Shown piece after piece: positions 18,825 to 27,420 of a DNA stretch of 64,000 bases. The notes below the pieces were generated by a model. It had not been told where the DNA came from, did not search any database, and saw only the letters and a list, made by a program, of their open reading frames with translations. The first letter of the stretch is position 1; each line of letters starts with the position of its first letter. The stretch comes from Gammaproteobacteria bacterium (GTDB lineage Bacteria; Pseudomonadota; Gammaproteobacteria; Steroidobacterales; Rariloculaceae), in contig DATKCK010000028.1 in NCBI GenBank assembly GCA_035513215.1, forward strand, positions 2,386 through 66,385, given 5' to 3'. The position numbers were made by a program, and so were the translations under genes.

Positions 18825-19797
18825 GAGCCCTGAACCAGGCGAGCGCGTCGGCGATGGCGTTTTCGGCCGGCCGCGCGCTAAATCCAAGCTCGGCCTCTGC
18901 CTTGCGACTCGAGAAATACATGTGCTTTTTCGCCATCCTGAGCTCGTCGCGCGTCACGAGCGGCAGCGGCCCGCCGATCCTCGCCAGCACCTCGGCAACG
19001 ACCGCGACCGGGTAGACGGCGGCGCGAGGCAGGCGCACGGAAGGCGGCTTGCCGCCGCTTAAGGCTGCGACCATCACGAGTATGTCCTTGAGGCTCAGAT
19101 CGAAGCCACCGAGTATATAGCGCTCTCCCGGCGTGCCGCCGTCGCGCGCGAGCAAATGTCCCTCGGCGACGTCGTCGACGTGCACGATGTTCAGTCCCGT
19201 ATCGACATAGGCCGGCATCCTGCCACGCGCCGCGTCGACGATGATTCGTCCGGTCGGCGTCGGCCGGTAATCGCCCGGCCCGATGGGCGTCGACGGGTTG
19301 ACCGTGACCACCGGAAACTCGAGCTTGGCGGCTATCTCCCGGACGGCCTGCTCGGCGAGATATTTCGACCGCTTGTAAGTGCCGATCATGTCGGCGAGCG
19401 TCACCGGCGTCTCTTCGTCGGCCGGCGTCCGGTCCGGATTGATCCCGAGCACAGCGACGCTCGACGTATAGATCATGCGCCCGACACCGGCCGCCGCGGC
19501 GGCCTTGAGCACATTGACCGAGCCTTCGACGTTCGTCCGGTACATGGCCTCGGGATCCGGGACCCAGAGCCTGTAGTCGGCCGCGACATGAAAGACATTC
19601 GCGCATCCGTCGCAGGCGACGCGCAGCGACTGAAGCTCCATCAGATCGCCGTGCGCGATCTCTACGGCCAGGCCTTCGAGGTTGATCGTATTGCTGCCGG
19701 CGCGGACGAGCGCGCGCACGCGCTCGCCGCGCGCCGCGAGCGCGCGCACGACGGCCGCGCCGACGAAGCCGTTGGCGCCGGTTACGAGATTCGTCAT
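18808..19797 (-). CDS. hpnA: Hopanoid-associated NAD-dependent sugar epimerase/reductase HpnA
   Basis: It contains TGANGFVGAAVVRAL...FHVAADYRLWVPDPEAMYRTNVEG...YTSSVAVLG, very like HpnA-family proteins. There is an ATGA overlap with the hpnN stop. Confidence 0.8.
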   Translation of the reverse strand: MTNLVTGANGFVGAAVVRALAARGERVRALVRAGSNTINLEGLAVEIAHGDLMELQSLRVACDGCANVFHVAADYRLWVPDPEAMYRTNVEGSVNVLKAAAAAGVGRMIYTSSVAVLGINPDRTPADEETPVTLADMIGTYKRSKYLAEQAVREIAAKLEFPVVTVNPSTPIGPGDYRPTPTGRIIVDAARGRMPAYVDTGLNIVHVDDVAEGHLLARDGGTPGERYILGGFDLSLKDILVMVAALSGGKPPSVRLPRAAVYPVAVVAEVLARIGGPLPLVTRDELRMAKKHMYFSSRKAEAELGFSARPAENAIADALAWFRAHDVID

Positions 19798-22403
19798 GTC
19801 GGCCTCCTCAGACGGAGCAATGCCGGCAGCAGCCCGAGCACGGCGACGAGACTCATCAGCATGCCAAGCGTCAACAGCTGCCCCATGCTCGCCATGCCGA
19901 GATGCGCCGAGAACGCCAGATTGCCGAAGCTCACGATTGTCGTCAGGGCGCTCAGCAGGACCGCCCGGGAGGTGCTCGTATGGCGCGGATCGCCGTCGGA
20001 CGGGGGCTCGGTCCGCATGCGATGCACCATGTGAACTCCGCTGTCGACGCCGACTCCGACGAGCAGCGGCAGCGCGATGATATTAGCGAAGTTCAGCGGC
20101 AGGCCGATCAGCACGCTGATGCCGGCCGTCATGACGGCGGCGAACGCGATCGGCACGAGAACGAGGACGACGTCGCGCAGATTGCGCAGAAACAGCGCCA
20201 GAAGCAGACAGACAATGCCGAATGCATAGGTCAGCGCGATCGCGAAAGCCCGCGTCACGGTCGCCGCGGCTTCCTGGTAGACGACGGGCAGGCCCGTCGC
20301 GTTGGGGGCCACCGATCTGACGTCGCGGACGAATCGTGCCGCGGCCTCGTTGTCGTTGAGGTCTTCGCGCGGCGTGACCTCGATGAGCTCCTGGCCGGCG
20401 TCGTTGACGAAACGACTCACGAGCTCGCCGGGCAGGTCGTCGCGTCCGAACGCCTCGGCACGAAGGGCGCGCTCGAGCCTTGCGAGCTGATCGACGAGAT
20501 TGCCGAGGATGTCTGTTTCGAGGTCTCGTGCCCGGGCGGTCGCATCGGCCGGATCGAGCGAGCCGAGGCTCGCGCGCCAGGCCACGCCTTCCGAGCGCAG
20601 GGCTTGCTTCTCGGGCGAAGCGGCGGACGAGCCGAGCGCCTCGACCAAACGCTCGAGCTCGATGACGGAGCGCTCGGGCGCGGGCGCCTCCCGCTCGAAT
20701 CCCGATAGCGTCGAGCCGAGCACGAGCGACAAATCATCGATGATGAGCAGCTTCTCCATCTGGTCGACGGGCACGAGCGAGGCGACGGTCTGCACGCTCT
20801 CGACGGTGTCGAGCGAGGCGAGCGCCGACGCCCTGCCCTCGGCCGCGGCCTCGTTCGGCACGAGTATGGCGAGATCGAACAGCGGCGCATCGCTGTCGGC
20901 CGTGAGATCCTCGAGTGCCCTGATCGATTCCGCGTCGGGATCGCGCAGGTGAATCGGATTGCCGTCGAATTGAAGCGACGGCACGAGCAACAACGCCGCG
21001 ACCCCGGCGAGAGCGGCGATACCGATGACGACGCGGGGCGGCAACGCGCGGCCCGGCATTCGCGGGCGGCGCTTGAATGCCGTCGCGCGTCGGGCGCCGC
21101 GGCCGCGCCAGAACAGCCGGATCAACGCCGGCAACAGGCTCAGGCTGACGAAAAAGCTGACGATCATGCCGACGCCGGCGATGAGCCCGAGCTCGGAGAC
21201 GCCGGTGAAATCGGTCGGAATGAAGGCGAAAAATCCCGCCGCCGTCGTGACCGCGCAGATGAAGATCGAGCTGCCGACGCCTTGGGCCGTCTCTATCAGA
21301 GCTGCATCGAGCTCAGCGGCCTCGGCCCGCAGCTCCTCGAGCCTGAGGCAAATGTGCAGCACGAAATCGACGCCGAGGCCGATATACAGCACGGCGAAAG
21401 CAACCGAGAGCAGATTCAGCTCCTCGACCGCGAACGCCGCGAACGCGGCCGTGATGCTGAGGCCCGACAGCAGGACGACGACCGAGATCACGAGCAGTAC
21501 GGTCGATCGGAGCGCAAAGAACAGCACGATGACGACCATGATCAGCGCGGCGAACCCGGCGACGGTAGCGCTCTGCGTGATCGAGCTCAGCTCCTCGTGC
21601 TCCATCGCGAGCGTTCCGGTCAAACGCAGGGCGATGTCGTCGCCGTGTCGCTCGCCGAGCTCGGCGCCAATCTCGCGAACCCGCTCGATGGCTTCGCGCG
21701 CCGGCCGCACGAGGTTGAAGTTAACCTCGGGCCTGATCAGCACGAGCTGGCGCGAGTCGGTCTCGGCCGTCGCGCCGATCAGCCGCCCCCACGCGATCGG
21801 CCGGCTCTCGCCGCGGCGGTCGGCGGCGATCGTCAGCGCAATCTCGCCGAAAACGCGGTCCAGATCCGCGGCGGCCGCGGCAGAAAGCGCATCGCCCTGC
21901 TCGATCGACTCTCGCAGCACACCGAGGAGTCCCGCACCGGTGACATCGCCGGCGAGCCTGCCGAGCAGCGGCTGTGCATCGATCAGCCTATCGGCGAGCC
22001 GCTCGAGCTCCTCGAGCGGCAGATAGAGCAATCCGTTTCGCTCGAAGAATTCGCCGGCCCCGGCGAGAAAGACGGTCGGAAAGAGCTCCGGTTCCGCGGC
22101 CAGCGCCTCGGCGAGCTCGCGCGCGTACGAGAAGCTCGCCTCTCCGTTCGGCCCGTCGACGACGGCAATGATGTTGCGATCGCGCGTCGGGAAGCTCGCA
22201 CGATAGGCTTCGAAGTCCTGCCGCCAGGTCAGCGACGACGAGATCATGTCGGCCGTGTCGGTGTTGATCCTCAGATGCCCGACGGCGTAGTGAAGGCTCG
22301 CGGCGGCGAGACCCAGAACGATGAGGGCGGTGACCCCGGGACGCCGGACGGCGATGCCGACAGCCGTCGCGATCATGTCGCCGATCCGCCCCGACTCGGT
22401 CAT
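19794..22403 (-). CDS. hpnN: Hopanoid-associated RND/MMPL-type transporter HpnN
   Basis: This is a protein of about 870 aa with two 6-TM bundles and two periplasmic loops (RND/MMPL architecture), in hopanoid gene context. The start is chosen at ATG 22403, which forms an ATGA overlap with the hpnG stop. Confidence 0.8.
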   Translation of the reverse strand: MTESGRIGDMIATAVGIAVRRPGVTALIVLGLAAASLHYAVGHLRINTDTADMISSSLTWRQDFEAYRASFPTRDRNIIAVVDGPNGEASFSYARELAEALAAEPELFPTVFLAGAGEFFERNGLLYLPLEELERLADRLIDAQPLLGRLAGDVTGAGLLGVLRESIEQGDALSAAAAADLDRVFGEIALTIAADRRGESRPIAWGRLIGATAETDSRQLVLIRPEVNFNLVRPAREAIERVREIGAELGERHGDDIALRLTGTLAMEHEELSSITQSATVAGFAALIMVVIVLFFALRSTVLLVISVVVLLSGLSITAAFAAFAVEELNLLSVAFAVLYIGLGVDFVLHICLRLEELRAEAAELDAALIETAQGVGSSIFICAVTTAAGFFAFIPTDFTGVSELGLIAGVGMIVSFFVSLSLLPALIRLFWRGRGARRATAFKRRPRMPGRALPPRVVIGIAALAGVAALLLVPSLQFDGNPIHLRDPDAESIRALEDLTADSDAPLFDLAILVPNEAAAEGRASALASLDTVESVQTVASLVPVDQMEKLLIIDDLSLVLGSTLSGFEREAPAPERSVIELERLVEALGSSAASPEKQALRSEGVAWRASLGSLDPADATARARDLETDILGNLVDQLARLERALRAEAFGRDDLPGELVSRFVNDAGQELIEVTPREDLNDNEAAARFVRDVRSVAPNATGLPVVYQEAAATVTRAFAIALTYAFGIVCLLLALFLRNLRDVVLVLVPIAFAAVMTAGISVLIGLPLNFANIIALPLLVGVGVDSGVHMVHRMRTEPPSDGDPRHTSTSRAVLLSALTTIVSFGNLAFSAHLGMASMGQLLTLGMLMSLVAVLGLLPALLRLRRPT

Positions 22404-23119
22404 CGGCCGCATTGCAGAAGTACGCGCGCGACCCGCTCGAGCTCCGAGCGTGCGCGCCGCGAGCGGCGCGCCAGCTGAATCAGCAGGCGCAGGCGGCGGG
22501 GCGCGGCGAGATATCCCAGCAGACCGGAGTAACGCGTTCGACCGTCTAGCGTGACGAGCGCCGCGACATTGTCGGGCAATGCATCCTCGGGGCCGTCGGC
22601 AATCGCCCTAACGGCGACGAAAGGCAGACCGGCCTCGGCGGCCGCGCTCGCGATGGCTGCGGATTCCATGTCGACGGCGACGGCGCCGGTCCGGGCGGCG
22701 AGCGCGGCCTTCGCGTCTCGCGTCGTCACGACCTCCGGCGACGAGAAAATCGCGCCTTCGATGACCCGATGGCGCGGCGCGAGCACGCGGGTCAGGCGGT
22801 CGTGCCAGGGCACATCGACACGCCACTCGCCAGCCTCGCTTCTGATCGAGACCGGCAGCACGAGCGTACCGGGAGTCGCCGCGGGAACGAGTCCGCCCGC
22901 GAGCCCGAAGGCAATCAGAGCTTGCGCGCCGGCCTCGATCGCTTCGCGGCTTGCGGCCCGCGCCCGATCGCCGCCAGGACCGGACACATAAATGCGCGGA
23001 CCGTGCGTCGCGGCTGTCCTGCGCAGGAGGCTCGCTTCGAGCTCGAGCCCGACGACGACGGCATTTTGCGAGGCTGCAAGACTCGAGCACCACACCGGAT
23101 AACCGGTGCTTGACCTCAT
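22400..23119 (-). CDS. hpnG: Hopanoid-associated phosphorylase/nucleosidase HpnG (PNP/UDP family)
   Basis: It contains GLAGGL, AVDMESAAIASAA and FVAVRAIAD motifs of the PNP_UDP_1 family. Its ATG shares one base with the sqs stop (TGATG). Confidence 0.8.
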   Translation of the reverse strand: MRSSTGYPVWCSSLAASQNAVVVGLELEASLLRRTAATHGPRIYVSGPGGDRARAASREAIEAGAQALIAFGLAGGLVPAATPGTLVLPVSIRSEAGEWRVDVPWHDRLTRVLAPRHRVIEGAIFSSPEVVTTRDAKAALAARTGAVAVDMESAAIASAAAEAGLPFVAVRAIADGPEDALPDNVAALVTLDGRTRYSGLLGYLAAPRRLRLLIQLARRSRRARSELERVARVLLQCGR

Positions 23120-24270
23120 CAGGAGACCTCGGAAGCCGGTCCGTAGCTTGGCCTCACAAGACCGACGTCGCGGGATTCCAGCGGCAGGCCGGCGGCGGCG
23201 CGATCGAAAGCGACTTTGAGCGCGCGATTGCTTCTGAGCAGGAGGTTGGTCGTGACCACGGTCGTCCTGACCGCGCGTCGCGAGATCTTCACTTCGGCGC
23301 CGGAAGCGAACGCCGGGTTGTCGTGAATCCTGCGCAGCGTCAGAACGGCCATCCCGATCGCCCAGAGACAGAACCTGCGAATACCCGTCTCCCGTTTCGG
23401 AATATGACAGCTATACTCCAGCGCATTGCGCAGGTGCGCATGCGCGATGCCGACGAGCTCGTTGAGGCCCGCCGCGAACGCCGGGGAATCGTGAGAGGAT
23501 TCGAGCGCCCTGAGATCGAAACCATGCCGCTCGAACACCGATCGCGGCAGCCAGCAGGTACCGGTCTGACGATCGTCCCAGATGTCTTTGAGAATATTGG
23601 TCATCTGCAGTCCCTGACCGAAGGAGACTGCGAGCCGAAGCATCTCCTCGCGCTTGCCCCGAAGCTCGGGACAGTGCAGCACGAAAAGCTCCGTCAGCAT
23701 TTCGCCGACGACGCCCGCCACGTAGTAGCAGTACTCGTCGAGATTCCTGAGCGAAGGCAACCCGGCGACGCTCTTGTTGCGCTGGAACGCCGGCATGCCG
23801 CGGCACATGATCTTGACGCAGCGAGTCAGCGCGCTCCTTTCGGCAGCGGAGAAGCCGTGCGTGACTCGAATGACCCTGGCCGTGTTGCGGACCAGCTCGC
23901 GCTCGTCTGCGAGCGTGCGCGCGCTGAGTCGCGGCGCGAGATCCTCGGCGAAGGCTTCAGCGGACTCCAGCCCCTCGACCACGCGCACGAAACGGCTGTG
24001 AAAGGCGGTCTTCTGCGTGTCATCGAGCCCGGCATCGTCCTCGATCGTATCGGCGAGCCGACAGATAAGATAAGCATTGGTAACGACGTCGGCGAGATCG
24101 CCCGGCAAGACCGGAATCGTCAATGCAAATGTTCGCGAGACGCCCGGCAGAATGCTCTTCTGGTAGTCGAGGTCGGTCCGGGAGTTCACGAAGGCATCAC
24201 ACGCCGAATCGGTGATAGGATGGCCCGTTATGATAGCACGGGCGCCAAGAGACAGATTCGCCGAGCGCAT
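23119..24270 (-). CDS. sqs: Squalene synthase (farnesyl-diphosphate farnesyltransferase, Sqs type)
   Basis: It contains LPGVSRTFALTIPVLP, YLICRLADTIEDD and YCYYVAGVVGEMLTELF motifs of eukaryote-like squalene synthases. The start is uncertain; an alternative GTG at 24189 would remove the overlap with ispA. Confidence 0.8.
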   Translation of the reverse strand: MRSANLSLGARAIITGHPITDSACDAFVNSRTDLDYQKSILPGVSRTFALTIPVLPGDLADVVTNAYLICRLADTIEDDAGLDDTQKTAFHSRFVRVVEGLESAEAFAEDLAPRLSARTLADERELVRNTARVIRVTHGFSAAERSALTRCVKIMCRGMPAFQRNKSVAGLPSLRNLDEYCYYVAGVVGEMLTELFVLHCPELRGKREEMLRLAVSFGQGLQMTNILKDIWDDRQTGTCWLPRSVFERHGFDLRALESSHDSPAFAAGLNELVGIAHAHLRNALEYSCHIPKRETGIRRFCLWAIGMAVLTLRRIHDNPAFASGAEVKISRRAVRTTVVTTNLLLRSNRALKVAFDRAAAGLPLESRDVGLVRPSYGPASEVS

Positions 24271-25135
24271 CGAACACTATCGGGCCAGAGTCTACGATCG
24301 ACTCACCGCGGCACTGACGGATAACGACATGCCGCAACGACTCCGCGAAGCGATGCATTACTCGGTGCTCGGCGAAGGCAAGCGTGTGCGTCCCCTGCTG
24401 GCTTACGCTTCCGGTGAGCTCGGCGCGCTCGATGCCGGCCAGTGCGACGGCATCGCAGCCTCGGTCGAGATGGTCCACGCCTACTCGCTGATTCACGACG
24501 ACCTGCCCGCCATGGATGACGACGACTTGAGGCGCGGCAAGCCCACGACACATCGGGCCTTCGACGAGGCAACGGCGATTCTCGCCGGCGATGCCTTGCA
24601 GGCGCTGGCCTTCGAGGTGCTCTGCGGCGATCCCGCGCTTTGCGCAAGGCCCGCAGCGCAATCCCGGATCATCGGTTGGCTCGCGAGAGCGATCGGGCCT
24701 GCTGGCATGGTCGGCGGGCAGGCGCTCGATCTCGAGGCCGAGAGCCGCAGTCTCGACGAGCCGACACTCGAGGACATTCACCGGCGCAAGACGGGCCAAC
24801 TGATCCGGGCCGCGATCATGATGCCGAGCGAACTCGCGGTGCTTTCGGACGACGCGCGTTCCGCGCTCGACCACTTCGCCCGAGACATCGGCCTCGTGTT
24901 CCAGATCCGCGACGACCTGCTCGAAGTCGAGCAGGACACATCGACGCTAGGCAAGAGCGCCAGCAGCGACTTCGAGAACAACAAGTCGACTTACCCTTCC
25001 GTGCTCGGCATCGACGGCGCCCGACGCCGCGCCGACGAAATCTATTCCCGCGCCCTCGAAGCCCTCGACGCCGTGCAAGGCGACGCGAGCGGCCTGAAGT
25101 GGGTCGCCGACTTCATCCTCCGCCGCTCGCACTAA
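24230..25135 (+). CDS. ispA: Farnesyl diphosphate synthase
   Basis: It contains GKRVRPLL, HAYSLIHDDLPAMDDDDLRRGKPT and FQIRDDLLE (both Asp-rich motifs). At 301 aa from ATG 24230 it matches the IspA size. Confidence 0.85.
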   Translation: MIARAPRDRFAERIEHYRARVYDRLTAALTDNDMPQRLREAMHYSVLGEGKRVRPLLAYASGELGALDAGQCDGIAASVEMVHAYSLIHDDLPAMDDDDLRRGKPTTHRAFDEATAILAGDALQALAFEVLCGDPALCARPAAQSRIIGWLARAIGPAGMVGGQALDLEAESRSLDEPTLEDIHRRKTGQLIRAAIMMPSELAVLSDDARSALDHFARDIGLVFQIRDDLLEVEQDTSTLGKSASSDFENNKSTYPSVLGIDGARRRADEIYSRALEALDAVQGDASGLKWVADFILRRSH

Positions 25136-25138
25136 GCA

Positions 25139-25214
25139 ATGGGGTCGCAATGGGGTCAGACCCCTTTCAGGTTGAATGGGGTCTGACCCAACCTGAAAGG
25201 GGTCTGACCCCATT
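25139..25214. repeat. REP-like palindromic element copy B (24-bp arms with a nested extra half-copy)
   Basis: The arm aatggggtcagacccctttcaggt (25149-25172) pairs with acctgaaaggggtctgaccccatt (25191-25214). The loop carries another ggggtctgaccc. The element fills the whole gap between the convergent ispA and apt genes. Confidence 0.8.
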
Positions 25215-25736
25215 TTAGAAGCCCATGAGGCATTCGACGTTGTGGCCGTCGAGGCGGTGGCGGCCGTTCAAGTACTTGAGCTCGAGCACGAAGAGGCAGG
25301 CAGCAAGCTTGCCGCCCTGATCTGTGACGAGCTGCGCGACGGCGGCTGCTGTGCCGCCCGTCGCGATGACGTCATCGACGACGAGGTAGCGCCTACCTTT
25401 CTCGACGGCATCGGCGTGCAGCTCGATGCGATCCGTGCCGTACTCGAGATCGTACTCGACGCTCACCGTCTCACGCGGTAGCTTGCCGCGTTTGCGCACG
25501 AGATGCATCGGCAGCTTCAGGCGATAAGCGAGCGCTGCGCCGAAGATGAAGCCGCGCGACTCGATCGCGAGAATCGCATCGGCATCGTGCGCCTTCGCAC
25601 GCGTTCCGAGAAGCTCGGTGATGGCCGCGAACGCGGCGGCATTCGAGAGCAGGGGCGTAATGTCCTTGAAGACGATGCCGGGCTTCGGAAAGTCGGGCAC
25701 GTCCTTGACGAGGCCTTTGATTTCTTCGGGGCTCAT
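25215..25736 (-). CDS. apt: Adenine phosphoribosyltransferase
   Basis: The product begins MSPEEIKGLVKDVPDFPKPGIVFKDITPLL and has the PRPP motif VVDDVIATGGT. It is 173 aa from ATG 25736. Confidence 0.9.
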   Translation of the reverse strand: MSPEEIKGLVKDVPDFPKPGIVFKDITPLLSNAAAFAAITELLGTRAKAHDADAILAIESRGFIFGAALAYRLKLPMHLVRKRGKLPRETVSVEYDLEYGTDRIELHADAVEKGRRYLVVDDVIATGGTAAAVAQLVTDQGGKLAACLFVLELKYLNGRHRLDGHNVECLMGF

Positions 25737-25815
25737 TGGCGAAGTCCGTTTGCCGGAATGCTGCCGGTGGGCGAGAATATCGCGGTCGGAAAGGAAACGA
25801 AACCAGCACTGACTC

Positions 25816-27054
25816 ATGGGATTTTCTCAACGCTTGCTCGGCGGAGCGGTCGGCACGCTCAACGCGGCCGGCCGGATTCTGAGCCGGGCGGGCCTCAAGC
25901 ACCCGTCTCTCGAGCGCGAATCGCTGAACGACGCGGCGAGGCGCCGCACCCGGCTCGACGACTTCGGCGACTGCGCCTTCGACGAGGCACTCGCTCGCCT
26001 GCTCGAGTCCTACGAGACGGAGTCGAGACTGACCACGCTCGGCCGCATCAGCGTGCGCGAGCTTGTCGTCAGCCTGCTCGAGAATCTCCTTTATATGGAG
26101 CGGGAGCGAAAGCAGGTCCCGGCCGTCGTCGATGAGCCGATCGTTGCCCCGACCTTCATCATCGGCCTGCCGCGCACGGGAACGACGCTGCTGCACGGCC
26201 TCATCAGCGTGGATCCCGCCAACCGCGTGCCGCGCACCTGGGAGGTCATGTACCCATCACGCTTCCCGAGCACTCCCGAAGGAATGGAGCAGGCGCGGCG
26301 GCTGACGGCGACGCGGCTCGGCTGGGCCAACCGGCTCGCGCCGCAGTTCAGGAAGATTCATCCGATCGGTCCGGATCTGCCGCAGGAATGCATCTCAATC
26401 ACGGCTCAGATATTCATGAGCATACAGTTCCACACGACGCACGACGTGCCGTCCTACGAGGACTGGTTCGAGCGAGATTCACAGGCTCTCGGCTACGCTT
26501 TTCACCGGCGACTGCTTCAGCATCTTCAGATCAGACGGCGCGGCGGCCGGTGGGTGCTCAAGGCGCCCGGGCACCTGTTCGCGCTCGATGCGCTGCTCGC
26601 CGAGTACCCGGACGCGAAAATCATCCAGACGCACCGCGATCCGCTGCGCGTCATGGCCTCGATGGCGAGTCACGCAACGGTCCTGCGGCGGGCGTTCAGC
26701 GACCACGTCGATCCGGAGCAGATCGCCGCCGACTGGAGCCGCCGCTGGAGCGATGCCCTCGTGAGCTTTCTCGCCGTTCGCGACCGCAACGACGACAGCC
26801 GGTTTCTCGACATCGCTTACGACGACATCGAATCGCGTCCGCTCGAGGTCGTCGAGCGCATTTATCGCTTCCTCGACTGGCCCCTGACCGGGCAAGCCAG
26901 GGCCGCCATGGAGCGTTTTCTTGACGACAACCCCAAGAACAAGCATGGTGTCCATCGTTACTCCCTGGCCGAGTACGGTCTCTCGAGCGAAGACGAGCGG
27001 GTCCGCTATGCTGACTACTGCAAACGATTCGACATCGCCGTACAGGCGGATTGA
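25816..27054 (+). CDS. Sulfotransferase family protein
   Basis: It contains the PAPS-binding loop IIGLPRTGTTLLHGL, plus RDPLRVMASM and the general layout of bacterial Sulfotransfer_3-type proteins. Confidence 0.7.
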   Translation: MGFSQRLLGGAVGTLNAAGRILSRAGLKHPSLERESLNDAARRRTRLDDFGDCAFDEALARLLESYETESRLTTLGRISVRELVVSLLENLLYMERERKQVPAVVDEPIVAPTFIIGLPRTGTTLLHGLISVDPANRVPRTWEVMYPSRFPSTPEGMEQARRLTATRLGWANRLAPQFRKIHPIGPDLPQECISITAQIFMSIQFHTTHDVPSYEDWFERDSQALGYAFHRRLLQHLQIRRRGGRWVLKAPGHLFALDALLAEYPDAKIIQTHRDPLRVMASMASHATVLRRAFSDHVDPEQIAADWSRRWSDALVSFLAVRDRNDDSRFLDIAYDDIESRPLEVVERIYRFLDWPLTGQARAAMERFLDDNPKNKHGVHRYSLAEYGLSSEDERVRYADYCKRFDIAVQAD

Positions 27055-27069
27055 CCGGAGGCCGCCACG

Positions 27070-27414
27070 ATGGATCAATACGAAGAAATCCGCGCGCAGC
27101 TGCTTGCCAAGCGGACGGAGCTGAACCACCGGCTCGAGAACATCAAGAGCAACCTCACTCGTGGACGCAGTGCGGACTCTCAGGAACAGGCGCAGGAGCT
27201 CGAGAACGCCGAGGTCGTCGACGCGCTCGGTAACGAGGCGAGACTCGAGCTGCGCCTGATCGCGAAGGCGCTCGACCAGATCAAGAACGACACCTATGGC
27301 GATTGCGTCGACTGCGGCAAGACGATACCGCCGGCGAGGCTCGATGCACACCCGTTCGCGGAACGATGCATCGACTGCGCGACGCAGGCCGAAGAACGGG
27401 GCAAGCGACTCTAA
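27070..27414 (+). CDS. DksA/TraR family C4-type zinc-finger protein
   Basis: This 114-aa protein has a coiled-coil N-terminal region and the zinc finger CVDCGKTIPPARL...CIDCA. Confidence 0.8.
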   Translation: MDQYEEIRAQLLAKRTELNHRLENIKSNLTRGRSADSQEQAQELENAEVVDALGNEARLELRLIAKALDQIKNDTYGDCVDCGKTIPPARLDAHPFAERCIDCATQAEERGKRL

Positions 27415-27420
27415 GTCGGA

